NCBI GenBank assembly: GCA_964016885.1
Contig: OZ024746.1
Location: 13,206,001-13,270,000, forward strand
Direction of reading: 5' to 3'
From: Eledone cirrhosa
Taxonomy: Eukaryota
DNA: 64,000 bases
Position 1 is the first letter of the stretch, and every line of letters starts with the position of its first letter. Position numbers and translations under genes: made by a program. Shown piece after piece: positions 54,835 to 64,000 of the stretch. The notes under the pieces were generated by a model that did not search any database, was not told the DNA's origin, and worked only from the letters and a program-made list of their open reading frames with translations.

Positions 54835-56424
54835 AATACATCTTTCAGTTTAAACCAGTGGGTAAATTATAGCACAACACATCTTTCAGTTTAAACCAGT
54901 GGGTAAATTATAGCATAACACATCTTTCAGTTTAAACCAGTGGGTAAATTATAGCATAACACATCTTTCAGTTTTAAAAAAGTGGGTAAATTATAGCATA
55001 ACACATCTTTCAGTTTAAACCAGTGGGTAAATTATAGCATAACACATCTTTCAGTTTAAACCAGTGGGTAAATTATAGCATAACACATCTTTCAGTTTAA
55101 ACCAGTGGGTAAATTATAGCATAACACATCTTTCAGTTTAAACCAGTGAGTAAATTATAGCACAACACATCTTTCAGTTTAAACCAGTGGGTAAATTATA
55201 GCATAACACATCTTTCAGTTTAAACCAGTGAGTAAATTATAGCACAACACATCTTTCAGTTTAAACCAGTGGGTAAATTATAGCATAACACATCTTTCAG
55301 TTTAAACCAGTGGGTAAATTATAGCACAACAGATCTTTCAGTTTAAACCAGTGAGTAAATTATAGCACAACACATCTTTCAGTTTAAACCAGTGGGTAAA
55401 TTATAGCATAACACATCTTTCAGTTTAAACCAGTGGGTAAATTATAGCATAACATATCTTTCAGTTTAAACCAGTGGGTAAATTATAGCATAATACATCT
55501 TTCAGTTTAAACCAGTGGGTAAATTATAGCACAACACATCTTTCAGTTTAAACCAGTGGGTAAATTATAGCATAACACATCTTTCAGTTTAAACCAGTGA
55601 GTAAATTATAGCACAACACATCTTTCAGTTTAAACCAGTGGGTAAATTATAGCATAACAGATCTTTCAGTTTAAACCAGTGGGTAAATTATAGCATAACA
55701 CATCTTTCAGTTTAAACCAGTGGGTAAATTATAGCATAACACATTTTTCAGTTTAAACCAGTGGGTAAATTATAGCATAACACATCTTTCAGTTTAAACC
55801 AGTGGGTAAATTATAGCACAACACATCTTTCAGTTTAAACCAGTGGGTAAATTATAGCACAACACATCTTTCAGTTTAAACGAGTGAGTAAATTATAGCA
55901 TAACACATCTTTCAGTTTAAACCAGTGAGTAAATTATAGCACAACACATCTTTCAGTTTAAACCAGTGAGTAAATTATAGCATAAACATCTTTCAGTTTA
56001 AACCAGTGGGTAAATTATAGCATAACACATCTTTCAGTTTAAACCAGTGGGTAAATTATAGCACAACACATCTTTCAGTGTAAACCAGTGAGTAAATTAT
56101 AGCACAACACATCTTTCAGTTTAAACCAGTGAGTAAATTATAGCACAACACATCTTTCAGTTTAAACCAGTGAGTAAATTATAGCATAACACATCTTTCA
56201 GTTTAAACCAGTGAGTAAATTATAGCATAACACATCTTTCAGTTTAAACCAGTGGGTAAATTATAGCACAACACATCTTTCAGTTTAAACCAGTGGGTAA
56301 ATTATAGCATAACACATTTTTCAGTTTAAACCAGTGAGTAAATTATAGCACAACACATCTTTCAGTTTAAACCAATGGGTAAATTATAGCACAACACATC
56401 TTTCAGTTTAAACCAGTGGGTAAA
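54835..56424. repeat. 41-bp minisatellite, about 38 units
   Basis: Unit CATCTTTCAGTTTAAACCAGTGGGTAAATTATAGCATAACA. Confidence 0.97.
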
Positions 56425-56496
56425 CAGGGGTGGATATACCAGTGAAAATAAACCAACTTCATGCAATAAACTCTTTATGATACACAGTATACGCAC

Positions 56497-56529
56497 CAAC
56501 AACATCAGGAAGTGGACGTTCTTCTTCGT
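56497..56529 (-). CDS. 33-nt microexon (D)EEERPLPDVV
   Basis: aaatag|...|gtgcgt, phase 1-1. Paralog of the 56836 exon. Confidence 0.7.
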
Positions 56530-56835
56530 CTATTTGTTACAATTAAAGAAAAGAAAAATCAAAATGCTATATTTAGTTGGTTGGCTTTTTTGGCTAATTA
56601 AAAATTCAGAGCTATTTATTTCACTTTTACTATTTAATATACTTTTACTGATTTCATTATTGAAATTATTTCTTAATCAAAGTAAACAAATAAAATATTA
56701 CTTGTTGAATTATTAAATTATAAAGTATGGTGATTGGATTAAAAATCAATAAATATTGAGGAAAATCTATAGAAAAAGAAACTTATATTTTAAATAATTC
56801 AAATTGAAAAAGCTCTGGTATCGTAATATACGTAC

Positions 56836-56865
56836 CAATAATATCAGGGAGTGGACACTCCACTT
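56836..56865 (-). CDS. 30-nt microexon (E)VECPLPDII
   Basis: ttttttatttgtgtag|...|gtacgt, phase 1-1. Confidence 0.72.
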
Positions 56866-57524
56866 CTACACAAATAAAAAAAAACAAAAGATGTTTTAGA
56901 AAATTTAGAGGATATTTTTCATGTGTGTATATGTATGTGTATACATGTGCAAGCTCACACACACACACAGACATAAATGTGTGGAATATTACACAGTTAC
57001 CAATGATCTCATAAAAAAATTATTATTTATTTCACAAGATCAAGGCACATTCCTGTTAGCTGATACAATACCAAACTGATTGATTCTATATTTTATAATC
57101 AAAATTAAAAAGAATAATTTAAACTAATAATGATTTCTACTATAGCCACAAGGACATCAATTTTGGGGGAGGGGAAAGTCGATGAAATCGACCCCCAGTG
57201 CATTACTGGTTCTTCATTTTATCAACACTGTAATGTTGAAAGGCAAAGCTAACTTCAGCGGGATTTCAACTCGGACCGTAAAGGTCCATAACTCTATGCT
57301 GCAAAGCATGGTGTCCAATGCTCTATCGATACTGCCCTCTCAAACTAATAATAAACTGACATGCTTTTTAGATTTACAAAGAGTATCCCCGCCATTTCTC
57401 TAATAACCAGTGTAAGACAATTGTGCTAATATAATGTGACTATATTAAGGCACATTTTCTTAGAAAATATAAAGTATCTTTCATCTACACACACAGTATC
57501 TTTCATCTACACACACACACTTAC

Positions 57525-57557
57525 CAGTCTCTTTCAGAACTATGCCATCAAATGCTT
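57525..57557 (-). CDS. 33-nt microexon (E)AFDGIVLKET
   Basis: ttaatgtag|...|gtaagt, phase 1-1, open frame. Confidence 0.62.
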
Positions 57558-58178
57558 CTACATTAAATTACCTTCAATTATCTAGAAAGCCTCAAACATA
57601 CAACCTATTTGGTGCAGAACATTAAAACACTAAATGGTATTTAACAATAAACAATAACTATGTCAAAGTATTCATTCATCTAAATGCCTCATTTAGATGA
57701 ATGAAAAATGAATGATTGCAATTTTCAGATGGCCTTTAAACAAAAGCTGTTTTCATCAAGATAAATGGCTACATTATAAGTGGTTACCGAGAGCTGTGAA
57801 TTTACAGTCAATGTTGGTATATAGAACATTAAACAGTTAAGGAGGGATTCTTTTGTTTTAGTAAATAACTATATTCTTTAATTTTAGCCATTAGATCCAA
57901 CCTCAGTCAGGTATATATTGCTTGTGACTAGTCTATGTTATCTGAGTTTATTTAAAAATTGTACTGTGTTAATAATATTGCCTCCATCATCAATCATTTA
58001 ATTTTATAAAGATTCTGTAGAGTATAGCAATGTTGTCCACTAGTATTTTTCTATTCAGTTTTGTTCTATGTAGCCATGATTTTCATATTTATGAAGATCC
58101 CCTCTGACTTTATAGAAGAGAAAATCTTTTACAAAACAACAAAGATAAAAATGAAGTTAACTGATTTTAAATACCTAC

Positions 58179-58214
58179 CAGTTGTGGTTCGTTTAACTTC
58201 TTCAATTTTCTCTT
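58179..58214 (-). CDS. 36-nt microexon, type C, (E)EKIEEVKRTTT
   Basis: tgcttctcttcatag|...|gtaggta, phase 1-1. Confidence 0.78.
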
Positions 58215-59132
58215 CTATGAAGAGAAGCAAAATTATTATGAAACAGGTTGGATAAAATACAATTTTTCTTTTTCATTTTGTAAAAATTATAAAACAGCCA
58301 ATTAAGGAGGAAACCATATTTTTTTTCTGAACAAACCCATTAAATGTAGAAAGCTTCAAAGTATTTAAATATTATTGTTGTGATAGAAACACTTATATAA
58401 ATATATTTTTTAAATTAAGAAAAATGTAATATCTTTACTAGAGGTATTTCATTTCTTTATGAAAGAACAAAGATTCCAAACAAACTATTACAACGTACTT
58501 ATAGTTACCATTCTAACGTTTAATACTATGGGATTCTAATTTTAGAAAGTAGAATCTATGGAATTTCTGATACATTCATATTTTAATGTGGAATTTATTG
58601 CAGAAAAAAGAAAAAAAAGCCAGTACCTAATACAAGAAAGTTATCAATTAACAACGTTAGTTAACAAAGAACCAAAAAGAAAGCTTAACAGATCTTGCAA
58701 ATATATTTTGTATTGAAAACACAATTGGGTTGTAATTTTAAACTATTTATAAATTTTTTTCATATTTTTGCAAAAGTTTCATGTAGTTTGTTTGGAACAG
58801 TAAAGTTCCTAAGTCCATTATAAATGTTTCAAAACATTCAGAGTCTCAGAATAAAGTGATGTTGATATGTGTTGCTGCCTCTTTATAATAAAACTAAACT
58901 ACACCCATCACTCGCAATCTAATATGACTTATGATTTCGCTACGGGTTTTAGGTACCTGAGCAGTCGCAAGCAGACACAGACACCCTCTCAACCCTCACT
59001 CACATCATCAAAGAGAACATCCAGGATCTGAAAGAGGGCTATTTATGAAGATCCCTTCTCACTTTATAGAAGAGAAAATCTTTTATAAAACAACAAAGAT
59101 GAAAACGAGGTTAACTGATTTTAAATACCTAC

Positions 59133-59168
59133 CAGTCGTGGTTCGTTTAACTGCTTCAATTTTCTCTT
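59133..59168 (-). CDS. 36-nt microexon, type C, (E)EKIEAVKRTTT
   Basis: tgcttctcttgatag|...|gtaggta. Confidence 0.78.
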
Positions 59169-60090
59169 CTATCAAGAGAAGCAAATATCAATGAAGTTGA
59201 ATAAAATTATCATGAAATAGGTTGGATAAAATACAATTTTTCTTTTTCATTTTGTAAAAATTATAAAACAGCCAATTAAGGAGGAAACCATACTTTTTTT
59301 CTTAACAAACTCATTAAATGTAGAAAGCTTTAAAGCATTTAAATATTATTGTTGTGATAGAAAGACTTATATAAATATATTTTCTAAATTAAGAAAAATG
59401 TAATATATTTACTAGAGATATTTCATTTCTTTATGAAAGAACAAAGATTCCAAACAAACTATTGCGACATAGACAAAATCTAACAGATATTTCACACGTA
59501 GAATATTTATAGTTACCATTCTAACATTTATTACTATGGGATTCTAATTTTAGAAAGTAGAATCTATGGAAAAAAACTACACACATCACTCGCAATCTAA
59601 TATGACTTGGTAATATACATTATGATTTCACTATGGCTTTTAGGTACCTGAACAGTCACAAGCAGACACAGACACCCTCTCAACTCTCACTCACATCATC
59701 AAGGAGAATATCCAGGATGTCTAAGAGAGCTGTACCAGTGTTGGACTCCTACTTTCTTTATCAACACTGAAGGAATAAAAATAAAATGGACTTTGGTGAG
59801 ATTTGAACTCAGAACACAGAGACATTGAACAAATATCCAATGCTCAAATGACTGCCAAATTGACAGTCTTAACTGTGCTACTAGATATGTAAGCATCCAC
59901 ATAGATTGAACAATGAATTTCAATGACTGTGTTGTTAATATTTGCATCATTTACAGCAAAATAATAAGTATTCAGAGATTCTTACCTCAGTTTCAATCAC
60001 TGGGATTTGAACTCAGAATACAGAGACCCAGAACAAATGTCAAACACAACTTCCACACTTTATAGTAGTCAGAGCAAATGTATTTGATAT

Positions 60091-60465
60091 AATGGAGGCA
60101 CATGGCTTAGTGATTAGAGCATAGGCCTTGCCATCGAAAGGTTGTGAGTTCAATTCTCAGACCGGTTGATGTGTTGTTTCCTTGAGCAAGACACTTTATT
60201 TCACATTGCTCCAGTTTACTCAGCTGTAGAAATGAGATGATAGGGACTGGAGTCCCTAACATTCCACTGCAAAAAAGCACCCAGCCCACACTGTACAGAG
60301 GACTTGTAGGCGCCACGGAAAAAAAAAACACCCACCACTCACTGTAAATGAGGTTGGTGTTAGGAAGGGAATCCAGCTGTAGACATCAAAGCCAGAATCA
60401 GTTCCCGTCCCACCCTTGCAAGCAGGGAAAAGCGGACGTAAAATGAAATGATATATGATGATGAT
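60091..60465 (+). mobile_element. SINE inserted in one duplication unit only
   Basis: The paralogous empty site reads ttgatatagacattgctg near 62785-62802. Confidence 0.85.
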
Positions 60466-60784
60466 AGACATTGCTGCCAAAATTTGAATTTTAGCCATTA
60501 GATCCAACATCAGTCAGGTATCTATTGCATGTGAGTAGTGTATGTTATCTCTGTGTTTATTTTAAAATTTTACTATGTTAAGAATATTGCCTCCATCATC
60601 AATCATTTAATTTTATAAAGATTCTGTAGAGTATAGCTGTGTTGTCCACTAGGAATTTTCTATTCAGTTTTGTTCTATACATGATTTTCATATTTATAAA
60701 GATCCCTTCTGAATTTATAGAAGAGAAAATCTTTTCATAAAAAAACAAAAATGAAAGCTAATTGAACTTATTTTGGATACCTAC

Positions 60785-60820
60785 CCGTAGTGGCTTGTAT
60801 AATTTCTTCAATTTTCTCTT
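60785..60820 (-). CDS. 36-nt microexon, type C, (E)EKIEEIIQATT
   Basis: tgcttctcttgatag|...|gtaggta. Confidence 0.78.
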
Positions 60821-61783
60821 CTATCAAGAGAAGCAAAAATCAATGAAGTTGAATAAAATAATCATGAAACAGGTTGGATAAAATACAATTTTCCTTTTTC
60901 ATTTTGTAAAAATTATAAAAAAGGCCAATTAAGGAGGAAACCATAACATTTTCTTAACAAATCCATTAAATGTAGAAAGCTTTAAAGAATTTAAATATTA
61001 TTGCTGTGATAGAAACACTTATATAAATATATTTTTTAAATTAAGAAAAATGTAATATTTTTTACTAGAGGTACTTCATTTTTTTATGAAAGAACAAAGA
61101 TTCCAAACAAACTATTGCGACATACACAAAATCTAACAGATATTTCAGACGTAGAATACTTATAGTTACCATTCTAACGTTTAATACTATGTGATTCTAA
61201 TTTTAGAAAGTAGAATCTATGGAATTTCTGACACATTCATATTTTAATGTGGAATTTATTTCAGAAAAAAGAAAAAAGCCAGTTCCTAATACAAGACTGT
61301 TATAAATTAACAACGTTAATTAACAAAGAACCAAAAAGAAAGATTGACAGATCTTGCAAATATATTTTGTATTGAAAACACAATTGGGTTGTAATTTTAA
61401 CCTATATTCTTTTCATATTTTTGCAAGAGTTTCTTGTAGTTTGTTTAGAACAGTAAAGTTCCTAAATCCATCATAAATGTTTCGAGACATTCAGAGTCTC
61501 AGAATAAAGTGATATTGATATGTGTTGCTGCCTCTTTATGATAAAACTAAACCCATCACTCGCTATTTAATATGATTTGGTAATATGCATTATGAATTCG
61601 CTACGGGTTTTAGGTACCTGAGCAGTCGCAAACACCCTCTCAACCCTCACTCACTTTATCAAGGAGAAGATTCAGGATGTGAAAGAGGGCTATTTATGAA
61701 GATCCCTTCTGACTTTATAGAAGAGAACATTTTTTTTAAAACAACAGAAATGAAAACTAGTTGAACTGATTTTAAATACCTAC

Positions 61784-61819
61784 CAGTAGTGGTTCGTTTA
61801 ACTGCTTCAATTTTCTCTT
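61784..61819 (-). CDS. 36-nt microexon, type C, (E)EKIEAVKRTTT
   Basis: tgcttctcttgatag|...|gtaggta. Confidence 0.78.
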
Positions 61820-63107
61820 CTATCAAGAGAAGCAAAAATCAATGAAGTTGAATAAAATTATTATGAAACAGGTTGGATAAAATACAATTTTTCTTTTTCA
61901 TTTTGTAAAAATTATTAAACAACCAATTAAGGAGGAAACCATAATTTTTTCTTAACAAACCCATTAAATGTAGAAAGCTTTAAAGAATTTAAATATTATT
62001 TTTGTGATAGAAACACTTATATAAATATATTTTCTAAATTGAGAAAAACGTAATATTTTTACTAGAGATATTTCATTTCTTTATGAAAGAACAAAGATTC
62101 CAAACAAACTATTACAATGTACACAAACCCTAACAGACATTTCAGATGTAGAATACTTATAGTTACCATTCTAACATTTAATACTATGAGATTCTAATTT
62201 TAGAAAGTAGAATCTATGGAATTTCTGACACACGTGATGTTGACATGTGTTGCTGCCTTTTTTATAATAAAACTAAATTACACCCATCACTCGCAATCTA
62301 ATATGACTTGGTAATAAACATCATGATTTCACTATGGCTTTTAGGTACCTGAACAGTCATAAGCAGACACAGACACCCTCTCAACTCTCACTCACATCAT
62401 CAAGGAGAACATCCAGGATATCAAAGAGAGCTATACCAGTGTTGGACTCCTACTTTCTTTATCAACACTGAAAGGATGAAAAATAAAATGGACTTTGGTG
62501 AGATTTGAACTCAGAACACAGAGACATTGAACAAAGATCCAATGCTCAAATGACTGCCAAATTGACAGTCTTAACTGTGCTACTAGATATGTAAGCATCC
62601 ACATAGATTGAACAATGAATTTCAATGACTGTGTTGTTAATATTTGCAACATTTACAGCAAAATATTAAGTATTCAGAGATTCTTACCTCAGTTTCAATC
62701 ACTGGGATTTGAACTCAGAATACAGAGACCCAGAACAAATATCAAACTGTCTTTCACACTTTATATTAGTCAGAGCAAATGTAATTGATATAGACATTGC
62801 TGTCAAAATTTCAATTTTGGCCATTAGATCCAACATCAGTCAGGTATATATTGTTTGTGACTAGTCTATCTTATCTGTGAGTTTATTTTAAAATTGTACT
62901 GTGTTAAGAATATTGCCTCCATCATCAACCATTTAATTTTATAAGAGTATAGCAATGTTGTCCACTAGTATTTTCTATTCAGTTTTGTTCTATGTATCCA
63001 TACATGATTTTCATATTTATGAAGATCCCTTCTGACTTTATAGAAGAGAAAATCTTTTTATAAAAAACCAACAATGAAAACTAGTTTCACTGATTTTGAA
63101 TACCTAC

Positions 63108-63143
63108 CAGTAGTGGCTTGTTTAACTTCTTCAATTTTCTCTT
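63108..63143 (-). CDS. 36-nt microexon, type C, (E)EKIEEVKQATT
   Basis: tgcttctcttcgtag|...|gtaggta. Confidence 0.78.
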
Positions 63144-64000
63144 CTACGAAGAGAAGCAAAAATCAATGAAGTTAAATAAAATTATCATGAAAAAGGGTGG
63201 ATAAAATACAATTTTTCTTTTTCATTTTGTAAAAATTATAAAACAACCAATTAAGGAGGACACCATAACATTTTCTCAACAAATCCATTAAATGTAGAAA
63301 GCTTTAAAGAATTTAAATATTATTGTTGTGATAGAAACAATTATATAAATATATTTTTTAAATTAAGAAAAATGTAACATCTTTACTAGAGATATTTCAT
63401 TTCTTTATAAAGGAACAAAGATTCCAAACAAACTATTAAACTATTACAACTTACATGACATCTAACAGACATTTCAGATGTAGAATACTTATAGTTACCA
63501 TTCTAACGTTTAATACTATGGGATTCTAATTTTAAAAAGTAGAATCTATGGGATTTTTGACACATTCATATTTTGATGTGGAATTTATTTTAGAAAAAAA
63601 GAAAAAAAGCCAGTTCCTAATACAAGAAAGTTATAAATTAACAATGTTAGTTAACAAAGAACCAACAAGAAAGCTTAACAGATCTTGCAAATATATTTTG
63701 TATTGAAAACACAATTGGGTTGTAATTTTAACCTATATTCTTTTCATATTTTTGCAAGAGTTTCATGTAGTTTATTTGGAACACTAAAGTTCCTAAATCC
63801 ATTATAAATGTTTCAAGACATTCAGAGTCTCAGAATAAAGTGATATTGATATGTGTTGCTGCCTCTTTATTATAAAACTAAACTACACCCATCGCTCGCA
63901 ATCTAATATGACTTGGTAATATACATCATGATTTCGCTATGGGTTTTAGGTACCTGAGCAGTCGCAAGCAGACACAAACACCCTCTCAACCCTCACACAC

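Larger units (their letters stand above)
57880..64000. repeat. Tandem segmental duplication with one 36-nt microexon per about 1-1.6 kb unit (higher-order dimer about 2.3 kb)
   Basis: Five highly similar intron-plus-exon blocks. Exon spacings are 954, 1652, 999 and 1324 bp. The array runs off the window end. Confidence 0.92.

Noticed and set aside
54835-56424. Plus-strand tttcag|TTTAAACCA|gtg(a/g)gt 9-nt pseudo-microexons in each 41-bp unit
   Set aside because: Antisense to the gene, implied introns are only 32 nt, and a plain satellite explains it.
59982-60016. GAG|gtaag donor repeated in the duplication units (also near 62685)
   Set aside because: Adjacent to a SINE fragment, and candidate exons of 14 or 26 nt break frame.

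Overview
AT-rich, repeat-dense eukaryotic DNA. The SINE, MITE and LINE content looks like an octopus/cephalopod genome (inference). One minus-strand gene spans the whole window. Its five 3' exons (20684-20792, 18661-18779, 17256-17399, 12725-12850, 666-1408) splice in frame to give a short helical, winged-helix-like region followed by a nucleoside-phosphorylase-fold (PNP_UDP_1/Pfs-like) domain. Upstream (27.3-63.1 kb) I read 20 canonical AG/GT microexons of 15-36 nt that the ORF track does not show as such. All are phase 1-1, a multiple of 3 long and stop-free. Together (627 nt, about 209 codons) they encode an acidic, Pro/Glu/Val/Thr-rich repetitive N-terminal extension that grew by tandem exon duplication and probably continues beyond the window. 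Proline-rich microexons carry a positionally conserved downstream UGCAUG (Rbfox-type) element. The last microexon (GMTVD) sits in a predicted hairpin that masks both of its splice sites. Introns hold Tc1/mariner relics, TTAA MITEs, SINEs, LINE fragments and four large minisatellites. Exon calls were made by eye and need RNA-seq confirmation.
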